64,000 nt of DNA, taken from Octopus sinensis (lineage: Eukaryota). Positions 13,809-28,066 of the stretch are shown in pieces. Positions within the stretch are counted from its first letter, which is position 1, and the number at the start of each line of letters is the position of its first letter. Below the pieces are notes generated by a model. The model was not told the origin of the DNA. It saw only the letters and a program-made list of their open reading frames with translations, and did no database searches. The stretch is from assembly GCF_006345805.1 (NCBI RefSeq), contig NC_042998.1, forward strand, positions 70,866,001 through 70,930,000. The letters are read 5' to 3'. A program made the position numbers and the translations under genes.

Positions 13809-14420
13809 TAGTAGTTTTATTTTTATTTTTATAGCGTGCTTTCACTTCACTACCGAGCGCAGCTCTGTGTGCCTTGGGTATGTGCTGTGATTTGTTGTGA
13901 TGCTCTGATGGTTATTGTATGGAAAGTGCTCTGCGTAGGATGTGTGTAGTGCCTAGTAGTGCAATTTTCTGTATGTTATATGTGTTTGTAAGTCCTGGTG
14001 TTTTTGTTATGTATTTGTCTGAATATTTTTTTATCATGCCTAATGCACCTACTATGATAGGAATTGTTTCTGTTTTCAGATTCCACATTCTAGTTACCTC
14101 TATTTCCAGGTCTTTGTATTTTGAGAGTTTCTCCATTTCTTTTAGAGACACGTTGTCATCTGCCGGTACTGATACATCAATTAGAAAGCATTTTTTTTCT
14201 TCATGGTCTCTGACAACTATATCTGGTCTGTTGGCCTTAATTTCTCTATCTGTGTGTATCGGCATATCCCAGAGTATGGTTGCTTTCTCGTTTTCTATGA
14301 CCTTTTCTGGTGTGTGCCTATACCATCTTTTTTCTGTTGTTATTCCATAATGTTGGCATAGCTTCCAATGTATGTAAGTTCCAACTCTGTCATGTCTGTG
14401 AATATATTCCTTCTTAGCCA
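13809..14420 (-). mobile_element. 5'-truncated R4/Dong-like element (restriction-like endonuclease end + 3' UTR)
   Basis: ORF 13912-14421 contains RHDRV...ANRPDIVV...LIDVSVP...EKLSKYKDL. The 3' end abuts (ATT)n at 13786-13808. Same family as 47617-51302. Confidence 0.9.
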
Positions 14421-14470
14421 TTCCTTCTTCTTCTTCTTCTTCTTCTCTTCTTCTTCTTCTTCTTCTTCTT

Positions 14471-14550
<80 letters not shown>

Positions 14551-14900
14551 CTTCTTCTTTCAATTCTGTTTCCATTTCTTGCGCAGTGTCTTCCTGATAC
14601 CTAGGACAGAGAAACGTACTGTATACATTGGTCGGCCATTAAAATATACACACCAGATGGTTCATTTACAAAGTTATGTGATAGAGAAAAAGGGGAAGAA
14701 AGACAGAGAGAAAAAAGTAAACAAAGAAAGTAAAGGAGAAAGAAGGAAAGAAAATTTACAGCGACAATGTTCTTTTCAGTACGTGCGACATACCAGTTAA
14801 GAAAAACTTTTGCACTTCCTGCATGGATGGTAAGCCAGGGATCATTCTTAAATGATTTTCAGTTCCTTTTTATCTTATAATAATGATAATAATAATAATG

Positions 14901-14955
<55 letters not shown>

Positions 14956-14971
14956 TAATAATATTAATAAA

Positions 14972-15515
14972 CGCCCTGATACAGTACCAGACAGTGGCTC
15001 TCGTGGCTTCTGATCTTAACTGATTGGAAGTGTTATCATGTACATTGTTTTGTCTTGGTATAAAAATGGGCCACAGCAAATATTCTGCTGAATACCACAG
15101 ATTTGTTTGTCAGTTGTTTGACCTTAACCAGTTGAGCATATCCCTTAGTGGCTGACGATATGTGCATCTTTGATCACGAGCAGAAGTAGTGGGGAAGCAC
15201 CATAACCATGTGTCGAGAGGAATTCTTTGAGGTTTGAATAATTCACCTCTGCAAACATTGGTATTTCGTTTAACATTCTTAAAGAACTCTTATCAGTGAC
15301 CTTTTGAGCTATTCGACCAGAAGAAAATTTTAACTGGGCCCTACCTGTAAGGTCAAGTGTTGTTTGTCGTGATATGAGATCACCATGTCGCGCACTTTTG
15401 CTTGTGTTGGATGTGCCTGGTGTACCCTTATCAGATGGGTAGTCATGATTGGTATACTGGGCTTCGTATATATTATCCTAGTGTCACTTTGATGGCATGC
15501 ACTGCTCTCTCACTC
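14972..15515 (+). mobile_element. (AAT)n-flanked ORF-less element, third copy
   Basis: Same ends and body as 10184-10738; (AAT)n on both sides. Confidence 0.8.
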
Positions 15516-15534
15516 AATAATGATAATAATAATG

Positions 15535-15614
<80 letters not shown>

Positions 15615-15909
15615 TGTTATTAGACAATACGAAGAGCGCGATGCGATTGTAGTAGATGTTTTGTGGGTTGAATGATATTTCAATAGCTAGCCTCTCTTTG
15701 TCGATTTCAAAATGAAAAGTGATACATAGAAATTCAAAACTATAGAAAATTAAAATCTCTGTATCACTTTGCATTTTGAACTCGACAAAGACAGGCTAGC
15801 TGTCGAAATATCGTTCAACCAACAAAATACCTATTGCAATGGCACCTCGCTCATCGTATAGTCTACTTACCTTTGTGAGGAATTACGTCAATCCTTTTAA
15901 AATATTATA

Positions 15910-15940
<31 letters not shown>

Positions 15941-15950
15941 GTAGTAGTAT

Positions 15951-17400
<1,450 letters not shown>

Positions 17401-18169
17401 CTTCCTATTCTCCATCTCATGGTCGCATTGAATCATAAAATCCTACAGGATCTTTGCATTAGCATTTTCGAAGAAGCCTTCGGGTTTATGGTCGTACCAA
17501 TATTTTGCTCTGATAAATCCATACTTATTGCAAAGTGTACAGTGGACATACCTTGCTATATTGCCGTGGCGTCTCTTATTTTATCCCCTTTTGCAGTCAG
17601 AGTGGATCACAGGAAAAATGCTGTGACTCCGAATAATTAACAACTAGAAATTCCGAGTAGCGACTCAGGCAGACTGAGCTTTGAGAAAATGATATCATTC
17701 TACTCAAAAATGAGTGTGTACGTGTTCGTTTAATGGCATCGTCAATGTAAAGCCATTATCATCTCCTCTCTCTTTCTCTCTCCACGCACACACACATAAA
17801 TAAATAAATGTGCCAATGTTTGTTTTGCTTGTGCGTTTTGTAGTGTTCGATTCTATTTTAAAAACACATAGAAGATTAAATAATTATTAAACTTTTCCTG
17901 AGAGTAACTATGAACTTGTCAGCTGAATTTCCTGGCATTTGACCAACATCTATATCACCGGTGACAGTCTGGACATTTGAGTCTGAGACGTTTCTAAAAC
18001 TTTTGTTATGACCTTTCTCCGATGTAATGTGTGATATGTTATGGTAAAAACATCCCCCAACAGATATTTAGACACGTATAACACACACGCATTCAAATTA
18101 GCACACACATACACACACGCAGACACACGCATACATGTATACACACACACACACACCACACACACACAC

Positions 18170-18201
<32 letters not shown>

Positions 18202-19197
18202 CGTAGTTAAATCTGTTAACATAATTATAATAGACTTTCAATCTAGTATTGGCTTAAATTTCCAAGAATTAAACAATGATACGAAACACCAGAATCTTTG
18301 CGTTAGCTCCAAACAATGACTGGTTCCTAGGACCTATATTCCCAAGTTGGTTCTGTGCCAAAATAAACTGAATCTCTCCAGCAAATTCTATCAAATTAGT
18401 GCGCGCACAACTATGTGAATTCCTAAATTACCATCAAATTGTGAATATAATGCATAACTTATACAAGAACTTTCTTCAAATCACATAGCCAATTGACTTA
18501 AATTTTCTCTCAGTTATTTTCCAGTTGTTTATTCGATCTAGGTTTTTTTTCTCTTATGTTATTATAGTTTTTCTTCAGTAGTTTTTGAATCCGTGACCAC
18601 GAAAGACACCAATTAAGGAGAATGGTCAGCGATAATCCAATAGACAGTCTCATATGGGTCATCGATCTTTCTAAATAACAGAAATCTTTTAGCTTTTCTA
18701 CAGTTTTTATGTAATATTCACACCCTCGACCACGAACTTTAGTACCGCCGCCGCCGATGCCACCACCACCACACCTACCACCACACCTACCACCAGCACC
18801 AACAACAACAACAAGTAAAACAAAATCTTACTTCCCGAGACCATTAACGGTAACACTTATAAGAGAAGTTTCTCTTAAGGTTTCGTTTATGAATGAAATG
18901 GTAATTATTTAACCCAATGAAAAGTTCCGGAAAACGCAGGAAACAATTTTCTTTAGGAAGCGAATTAAAAGTTATATTCGTGTAGGAATATATTTAAGTT
19001 AAAAATAGGTACCTTGTTTGGCCTCTTTTAAGATTCAATTAGGATTGAAGTGATATAAATGTCGCTCTTGTGGTGTCTTTGACTAATTAAACCAATTTTT
19101 GAAGCTATAACACGTATGCATATCTCTGTCTCTCTATCTATATGTATGTCTGCCTGTCTCTCTGTCTGCCTGTCTCTCTGCCTGACTGTCTATGTCC

Positions 19198-19500
19198 TTA
19201 TTCAGTTTATTTCAAGATTTCTTGCTAATAGAGAAAGAACCGGTTTCTAACCTAGATCCAAGGTTCCTTCATTGGAATTTCAACATCAACAACTGGGTAT
19301 TTTTTATGTATGTATGTATGTATGTATGTATGTATGTATGTATGTATGTATGTATGTATGTATGTATGTATGTATGTATGTATGTATGTATTTTATGTAT
19401 GTGTGTGTGTGTATGTATGTGTATGTGTGTATGTATGTATGTATGTATTTTATGTATGTATTTTCATGCATATACTTACATATCTAGACATGCATATATA
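19198..19500. repeat. Dispersed repeat with an internal (TATG)n tract (second copy about 39856-40100)
   Basis: Both copies share ttattcagtttatttcaagattt...cttcattggaattt before the tract and tcatgcatatactt(a/g)catatcta after it. Confidence 0.7.
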
Positions 19501-20164
19501 TGTTTAAACGATAAACTTCTGGAAAATTTTACAAATGTTTACAGTACCAGTAACGGATTGGATCTGTAGTCTTCGAATTAGCTTTCTCCATCCAGTTTTT
19601 GAGAAGCCTAATTTCTCACGATTGATATGAAGGCAGTGTGTTACATATCACAGGGCCCCAATTTATGTATATATTGGTGCAGTATTGTCAAATGATTAAA
19701 CAGTTCGCTTTGCAAACAAAAGGTAACACGTTCGTTCTTACTTTTTGACGTTTTGGGCAAGTAACATTTTCTGTAAACTCGAATGAAGCCATTCTTTGTG
19801 AGTGAAACTGAATAGATAGAAATTGTATAGATGGTCTTCTATAAGCAATCTTGCTCGGACTTGCGCTTCGGGGGTGGGGTGGGGAATGTCTAGGAGCAAT
19901 TCCATGTTCATTCGTGTGACCGCGTGTGTACCGTTGGAGAGAGAGAGATAGCGATGCAGATAAACACGATTAGGCTTCATATATATGAATGCATATATAG
20001 GGATATAGATACACATAGAAATACAAAGGGATATATTGATACATATAACTAAAAGCATTTAGAAAATAAACACGTAGCTCTTACCTTTTGATTCTCTCTT
20101 CCCTCTGTCTCTCAGTCTGTCCGCCCGTCCATCTGCCTGTCTCTGTTTCTCCCTCTCCCTCTTT

Positions 20165-20197
<33 letters not shown>

Positions 20198-20640
20198 GGG
20201 GAAAATAGAGGTGGAAAATGAACTGAGAATAGTTGAAATAATTTTTATTAATATATCTAAAGCTTTAACCGGTTTCACTGTTTACACTGATTTTCAAACG
20301 TTCAAATAGGAAGACGTGGCTTATGACGCATCTGTCTTGCTTCTGACTAGTGTTTGCAGTTTGCCTTATTTTTATAGGGAGTTCGTGGCTTATATTAGTG
20401 TATGCTTTGAATGGGATTTCATTGGTAGAGAATAGTCACATGACTGGCCTTAGAAATTAATATACACACAAGCTGTTCGGGCTTCTCAATTGGTACTTAT
20501 TTTATCGGATTCGAAAGGATGAAAGGTAAAGTCGAAATCTGTGGAACTTGAGCACAGAACCCAAAGACGATTCTACCTGCTCACCGCCTTAGGATTACCC
20601 AAATATTAATAAATTTCTTCCTCTCTCGCTCTCTCTCTCT

Positions 20641-21115
20641 TTATATAAGAGATAATGGTGCCATTGAGACCCAAAGGTGTCAGGAAATGCTGAATAAGTG
20701 CTATAGACAGACTATAGTTATGTTCCAGATTCGGTAATATTGCGAATAAAGAGTTCAATGTTGGTTCTATGTCAGCGTGTGTATATAAGAATTAGTTGCG
20801 TAATAAGATAACAAATCAAGTCTGTGTAGATATTAGAGCATTTATAGATAGGTCTTACAGCTGTTTCTAGGATATTTATTAATATCTCTTCATCGGAGAT
20901 GGTGTGAGAGGATAGTTAAGTCATAGTTAGTTTAGATGTGATATAAAATAGAGAGTGAGTTGGAGGAAAGAAAATAGATGCAAGGTACGTATGGGTATTA
21001 AAGTTGTAAACCCATTTTTTAGGCATAATGGTATACATGCAAAATTTCAATATCCTATGAGTAAAGTCCAAAAGTCCAACATAGTTTAAAATGAGTTCTT
21101 CCAAATATAGAGTTT
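20641..21115 (-). mobile_element. Penelope-like terminal repeat relic, family A
   Basis: Homologous to 27466-27867 and contains a hammerhead motif. No ORF, so the Penelope assignment is inferred from the ribozyme type. Confidence 0.6.
20852..20900 (-). ncRNA. Minimal type-I hammerhead ribozyme-like motif, family A (CCGAUGA core variant)
   Basis: Minus strand reads atct-CCGATGA-agagatat..atatccta-GAAA-cagctg-TA-agac. Confidence 0.6.
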
Positions 21116-21151
21116 ATATATATATATATATATATATATACTTATATATAA

Positions 21152-21688
21152 TTCCTGTCGAATTTTATCCCTAATTTTGTGGTTATAGAACCTAGCTGTT
21201 CTTTCTAGCGTGTTGAATCCTATGAGTGAATTACTTATGTGTTTTAATGTACACTGTATCTTATGACTAATACATAGTCTTTTGGACTAAATTTTTACAT
21301 GTTAGACCACTGGAAATGTAAATTTTAATTAATTTCCATTTCCCTTTGATATGATTAAATATTGTAAGTTTTTGGATTATTTTCGGTTTTTAAAAGTTGG
21401 CATCTTTAAATTGCTGGCAAAGGACTGCGGCTGCGCAGTAGATTTTGAAAAGGTTAGGATGTATAAACAAGGGGCACTTAGTTTGATCGCCTCGTGTTCC
21501 TGCTGAAGACGATTTCACCTGGCGAGTGTATATGTTATTCATTTACTCGCTAAACTAAAATCAGAAACCAATTGGTCCAGGAAACTAGATGGTAAAATGT
21601 TTTTATTTTTCATTTCGTTCCTGCCGAATTTTATCCCTAATTTTGTGGTTATAGAGTCCTTATGTGTTTAAATGTACACTGTATCTTA
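21152..21688 (+). mobile_element. Hammerhead-containing 466-bp repeat unit present as a ~1.2-mer, inserted in (TA)n (family B)
   Basis: ttcctg(t/c)cgaattttatccctaattttgtggttataga occurs at 21152 and 21618; (TA)n on both sides. Confidence 0.7.
21499..21581 (+). ncRNA. Minimal type-I hammerhead ribozyme, family B, intact core
   Basis: cctg-CTGAAGA-cgatt...aatca-GAAA-ccaattgg-TC-cagg. Stem I cctg/cagg, stem II gatt/aatc, palindromic stem III. Predicted cleavage after C21577. Confidence 0.8.
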
Positions 21689-21759
21689 TATATATATATA
21701 TATATATATATGAACTTCTCAGCAGGCAGCGGATGAATGTATTCTGAGGATTAACTTTT

Positions 21760-23100
21760 AGTCAATCGTAAGGATTTCTAGGTTTCACTACTAAGTCATT
21801 TCTCAACTAAATTGAATACAGTTACTTTAGCAACGATAGTCCATCCCTAAGCTACATTTGGAGAGAGAATAATTTAAATTTGGTTGAGTAGAAAAAAGTA
21901 AGATCAATATAAGTGAGGTCAAAGATGGGAGAGTAACGTGAAAAATTGACTTTGAATCAAAATATCTCGGTTATTTTAATACAAAATTATAGATTAATGG
22001 GGCTGAAAGAATTCGCTCACTGAAAATAATCCTTTGGTGAAAATTCCATTAAAAAATATGACTATGAAAAAAGCAGTGTAATTTTAAATGACGAAAAAAT
22101 GGTAAATAACCCACAAAATTTAATTTGAATCAAAATATCTAAGCTATAGGCTATTTGTGTTCAAATAAAAGTGCTCAAAGAGAAGAGATCTTATAGAGAA
22201 AATCAGGTCAAAAATTGTTAGCTACAAAAATGTAGTGTGGCTTTTAAGTGACGAAAAAAAGTTGATCATTTAAACAAATCAAATTACTTTTGTCGTTTAA
22301 AAATATTTAGCGCTACAAAGAACAGTATTTGATGGTGTATAGCGTAACAGTACTTGATGGTTTAACAGTATTTGATGGTGTATACACTTAATGATGCATA
22401 GCGCTTAGCCGGCATTTGAGGTGCAGGATACGGTTTCCTATAGTGGTGTGCTGGGCCATCTTTTCTCCTCGATCTTCTTAGCTGTTTTGACATTTATTCT
22501 GCGTTCGAGAGTTTCCTTTATAGTCTATAAACTGCCAACTCACTCGGTGCTTCAATGCTAGTTTACATATAGTATTTATCCACGGCAGTTGGGGAATATA
22601 TTGTTAAGGTCAATATTTAGTCAATCCTGAGCATTTCTAAGCTTCATCAGTACGTCAGTTCTCAAACAAATTGAATTCTGTTTCCTATCATTGACGTACG
22701 ACAATGGATGATTATAGTCTTGAAGTCACAAGCACTTTTATAGTCTTGAGTCAGTTCTCAACCAAATTGAATGTGTCTTACTTTAGCAGTGATAGTCCAG
22801 TCTTAAGCTACATTTGGAATAAAATAATTGAAATTTGGTTCATTATGGTTCATTAGTAAAAAAAGATAGGGAAAAATATGTGAGGTCAAAAATGGTAAAG
22901 TAAGGCAAAGGATTGATTTTGAATCAATATATCTCAGTTATTTTAAAGTAAAAGTATAAATTAACTGGGTTTGAAAGAATGTGCTCATTGGAAAGAATCT
23001 TATAGTGGAAACTTCGTTAAATAATATTAAATAATATTAGCTACCGCAAAATGTAGTGTGGCTTTAAGTGACAAAATAAATGATAATTAACCCTCAACAT
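21760..23100. repeat. Diverged direct repeats (about 21780-22110 versus 22745-23100, plus a partial copy near 22625-22690) of an unclassified element
   Basis: Shared blocks ttctcaac..aaattgaat, aagctacatttgga, gtgaggtcaaa and tgaatcaa.atatctc.gttattttaa. Confidence 0.55.
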
Positions 23101-24712
23101 TGACTTGAAAGTTTTTTTTAAAATAAAAATGTATATATTCAAACTGTCAAAACAAACACTTTCTGTGTAAATGATGTTAGTAAGGATTTTTATCACCGAT
23201 TAAAAGCTATAATGAATAAAGTGCTTTTTGCAAAAACAATCCAATTTGTGGCAACAACACACATTACTTTTGGAAAACAGAGTAAAAGCAAAGAGAGACT
23301 CCTCATGTTCATATGAAAATTTGGGTGGACAAAGATTCTCCAGAAAAAAAATTCAAACGTTTAAAAAACAATATATAACTTGCAGATTGCCCTGTTCATT
23401 ATCTAGTGTCACTCTTTATAATTTGGTCAGTCGTTTTCAAATGTATTCATGCAGCAAAACTTGTCGGGGAATTTATGGAAAAAGGAAAATAATTCGGTCA
23501 GAAAATGCCGATTTGGCTTTCCTAAGGCTGAAGGAAATTTAATTTCTTCACTGTTGCCGAAAGTGTCAAATTAAGAATAAAGGGAAAAAAGTGTTAAAAA
23601 GCTTTAATCAACCTCAAAGGAAATCATCTGAAAAATTTATCAATGATTACAACCCTTTCCTGCTTTTAATATGACAGGCAAATGTTTTCTGTCAGTATAT
23701 TGGAGAAAACAGTATTATATTGACTAGATGTGTGACTAGCTACCGGACAAAAGCCGATAAAACTGAAGCCGAAGTTATTTGGGAAAATTTGGATCAAAAT
23801 AAATTTCTGAAATTGTTCACCAACTATTGTGTGCACTTATATATATTTCTGTTTTTTCTTTTTAATGCATTTTTTTTCAGTTTAAGTGAATAGTTTTGAT
23901 TAAAAAATTCTTTGTATTGAGCCAGAATAGTTCTATCTTAATTTAGCATTACTACAATGAAAAATCTAAAGTTAAATATAATTATTTATAATAATATGAG
24001 GGTTGATTAGAAAGAAGTGGACTAGAATGAATGATTCGGATGCAAAGTACTGGAATATTCTTACGTATTTAAATAGGAAAAGCACAGGGAACGAGACATT
24101 TCACGGCTGGTTTGAATACGATCAAGAGATTTATCTAGATATATTATGTGGCTTCACATCTTACAATGCAATGAAATACATCTTTAAAACACGGAGATAT
24201 TTTATATTCTACGCCACTATCTTAGATACGCCAAATGTGTGTGTATAAATGTTAATTGCATCTAGACTGCCACAACTCCGAATTCCTCGATCACCACGAT
24301 GGATAAGGTGTAGGAGGTAATTATTTACACAAAATATTTTAAAAGAAGAGTGTTTCAGTCAGTTGTCGAATGTCTTTGAGAAATAAATCAAGAGGGGTTT
24401 TGTTGTAATTCGAATCTCTTGCTTTTGGTGGAAGGCAGTAAAATATGAGATGCTGAGTGTTAAGGAGTGTTTACAACAAGGAGGAGTGGGCGTTAGAAAA
24501 TGAAATTAAAGGATCAGTTACGGTGGAAGTTAAAATTCAGAATAGATATATCGAATCTATAGTGTGCTTATGTGGGTAATGATAGGACTTAGGGTATGTA
24601 TGCGTAGAGGGATTGCACACAAAATTGATTTTCTTCGAAACATGTGCAATAGAAATATGCAGTCGAGGGTGAGTGAGTAAGAGGATACATGCACATACAC
24701 AAACACATACAC

Positions 24713-24753
<41 letters not shown>

Positions 24754-24850
24754 CGGGAAGCTTTATGAAAATAAACAAAAGACGAAGGCAGGTGGAATAC
24801 AAACAAACAATTGCATTAGTATGGCGCTCAGGAATATAAATAAAACAAGT

Positions 24851-24920
<70 letters not shown>

Positions 24921-25457
24921 CGCATACATATACGTATATGAAAATATATGTACTGTCATAAAAGTTGGCTGTCCGGCTGACGTGAACATCTCTTTAAGAA
25001 TTAGAGAAGAAGGATAACTTTCTACAACTGTTTCGAAACCTTCAGATTCTATATCCAGATTATAATTTCACATTGATACCAATACTAATTGGTGCACTTT
25101 GTTTTGTGAGCCTAACTGGTAATCTAGATAAGTTTGGGTTTTGAGAAAAAAACAGCCATGTAACTCGCACATTACAAATATATTCTGTAAGTAGAACAGT
25201 AAAAATATGCAAGTATTTTTCAAGTTTAAAATGTGACATTCTTTTAGTTATCTACATTTTAACGATGGAGCTCTGTATCTTTGTTAGAAAGCAGCTCCTT
25301 CTTCAGGGGAATAAATCACGTAATTAGGAATAAAATAGTCATACATACATACATGCATGAATACATACATACAAACTGGATCTTCCTCTATTGGCAAGAA
25401 GTCCTGAAATAAAACTAAATAATGACACACACACAGCATCACACACGGACACACTCA

Positions 25458-26800
25458 CATCATCATCATCCTAGTCAGGTGTCGCACTATGCGATGCTGT
25501 GCTCATCACGATATCTTGTCACCTTCTCCTATCCTCTACCCCATGGACAGCTGAGAATAAAGGCAATCCTGTGGCTGCGATGTCTTTCAGCCAAGAAGTG
25601 GGTGGCCTGCCTCTTTTACGTCTGCCGTTCACCTTGCAAGTTATGATCGTTCGCTGAAGTCCATCCCGGCGCATAACGTGGCCGCTTCATGATGTTTCAC
25701 CGAAGCGTCTTCTCGCAACCGAGCTTTTCTAGTACCCAGTTGTTCGTCCTTCTCTCCTTCCACGACACTAAGAATTCTGCGGTAACACCACATTTCAAAA
25801 GCGGTCACTCTTTTCTCGTCTGCCTACAACATTCTCCACGACTCGCAGCCGTACGTCGAAATAGAGAAAGCGGCAGCCCGAAGTAGCCTTATCTTCAGTA
25901 GCATTGACTCGCCACGACTCTTCCAGATGTTCTCCATATCTTGTACCGCTTGCTTCGCTATTATGAGCCTTCTCCGTATCTCTGGTGTACTTGATCCACT
26001 GCTACTGATTGTAGATCCCAAGTACACAAAATCATCCACTTCCTGAATCATCTCTCCATCTACGGTGAAGTCAAGTTGGTCTGTCCTGTACTTATCCACC
26101 ACCAAGATTTTGTGCGCTCATGTCTTTCACTTTGCGTATCATCTGCAGCAATTCGTCCTTGCTGTTACTTATGAAGGTTGTGTCATCGGCGTATCTCATA
26201 TTGCACAGATTTTCTCCGCCAATCTTCACACGTCGTAGTTCCCCTTCACCGCTCTTATGATGTTTTGTACAGATATAGAGACAAAACAAATCCCTGTCGG
26301 ACACCCCTCTCAATTCCGAACCACTCAGTGTTACCGACGGACGTCCTGACAGATGACTGTTGATCTTGACATTGTCGCACCAACAGTGCAACTAAGTGTT
26401 CAGGAAATCCCATGTCCTCCATGACGTCCCACAGCTTGCTGTGTCTCACACAGTCGAAGGTCTTAGAGTAGTCGATGAAACACACATAAAGTGGGATGTT
26501 ACATTCCTTAAACTTCTCGATCATCATCATGATGTTGACTGTCTGTTCCCTTGTTCCTCTGCCCTTGACGAAGCCGGCTTGTTCCTTAGCGATGACGCTG
26601 CTATATTTCCGCTGCACTCTACCTACGATGATTCGCAGCAGGACCTTGCTTGCGTGGACAATAAGGCTGGTGGTTTGGTGGTTAGAGCACACGCATGGGT
26701 TACTTTTCTTTGGTATTGGTACAAAGACTGCACGATACCAGTCGATCGCCCACAAACATACATACGCACAAAAGAGCAGGTCCAAGGAGGGGGGGTCATT
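25458..26800 (-). mobile_element. RTE-clade LINE, 5'-truncated and frameshifted
   Basis: ORF pieces with HASKVLLRII, EQAGFVKGRGTREQ, FIDYSKTFDCV, RYADDTT and TYGCESW. Short (GAT)n tail on the minus strand at 25458-25470. Confidence 0.9.
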
Positions 26801-27681
26801 AAAAAAATCTTTAGGTTGGTGCTCAAGTAAGGACAAAAAGCTATAGTAAAATTACTGTAATAAAATACAAGGTTTCGGACAAATCCTTCCTAGGATTCTA
26901 ATGCAAGGAACAGGAAAATGTTGGGAGACGAAGAAGAGATGGAAGGAGATAAAAAAGATGAGAGCCAGGTGGGCTAAGTTCGCACGTGATTTACGTTCAC
27001 AAGTTGAATCCTCGATTAACCGGCATTGTGAGAGTTAACAATACTTTTAATGGAAAGGAAGTGATGCAAGAGTGCCTGTCTGTATGTGGGAGTGTGCATG
27101 TATGTGTGAGGCTACATCTGTATGTTGTGCATATTTACATATACGGCGTGCGTGTGTGTATTATGTATGTGTAGGTAGATGTGTGAGTCTCTGCATACAA
27201 GTTGTTTGGGTGTATATCATAGAAGAGACAGGTGAGCAGTCAAGAAGACTAGGCAGTGAGTGTACTTACATGTGTGTGTGTGTCTGTCTGTCTGTCTGTG
27301 TGTGAATCTGTGTGTGTGTAATAGTGTCAAGGTAGTATACTGTGGTGTAGATGTCTCTCGGAGTGCTGAAGTGGATAATCAGTAGTATGTGCGCAAATAT
27401 ATATGTGAGCGCATTTCAGTGCTATATATATATATATTATATATATATATATAAATATATATATTGAGGTTATGAGAAGTAATGGTGTCAAAAAGACAGG
27501 TAACACAGGTAATGATGAGTAAGTGCTGTGGACAGACTATAGTTAAGCTCCAGGATCGGTGATTATGCGAATGAGGAGTCCAACATAGGTCATATATCAG
27601 CATGCGTATATATAAAAAATTAACAGAATGAGATAAAAATCCAAGGCTGTGAAAGATTTCAGGAACATTTATAAAGAGAAG

Positions 27682-27731
27682 GTCTCACAGCTGTTTCCGG
27701 AATATTTTATATATATCCCTTCATCGGAGAC
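27682..27731 (-). ncRNA. Hammerhead-like motif, family A; cleavage triplet GUG, probably inactive
   Basis: Minus strand reads gtct-CCGATGA-agggatat..atattccg-GAAA-cagctg-TG-agac. Confidence 0.55.
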
Positions 27732-28016
27732 GGAGTGAGAAATTGGTTAAGCAATAGTTATTCTAGAGAAAATATGAAACAGAGAGTGAAATGGAGGAAT
27801 GAAAAGAGACGTGTGAAATGCCGGGATATTTGATCTACAGTTGCAATATTTAAGCAGAATGGTATACAGGAAAATTATATGTATACCATTTTGCTTAAAT
27901 AATGGAACTGCAGATACAATATCTCTGCATATCTCACGTCTGTTTTCATTCCTCCACTTCACTCTCTATTTCATACCCTCTCTAGAATAACTATTGCTTA
28001 ACCATCTTCTCACACC

Positions 28017-28066
28017 GTCTCCGATGAAGCGATATATATAAAATATTTCGGAAACAGCTGTAAGAC
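28017..28066 (+). ncRNA. Hammerhead-like motif, family A; cleavage triplet GUA
   Basis: gtct-CCGATGA-agcgatat..atatttcg-GAAA-cagctg-TA-agac; stem I gtct/agac. Confidence 0.65.

Noticed and set aside
22321-22379. Three short direct repeats aacagta(t/c)ttgatggt, superficially CRISPR-like
   Set aside because: Spacers of 2-9 bp, eukaryotic context, no cas genes; a local slippage duplication.
22625-22655. Minus-strand CTGATGA-agctta-GAAA
   Set aside because: Stem II is too short, there is no stem I/III, and the motif is not conserved in the paralogous repeat.
25015-25060. Minus-strand GAAAcagttgTA half-hammerhead
   Set aside because: No CUGANGA upstream with a matching stem I; at best a decayed relic.
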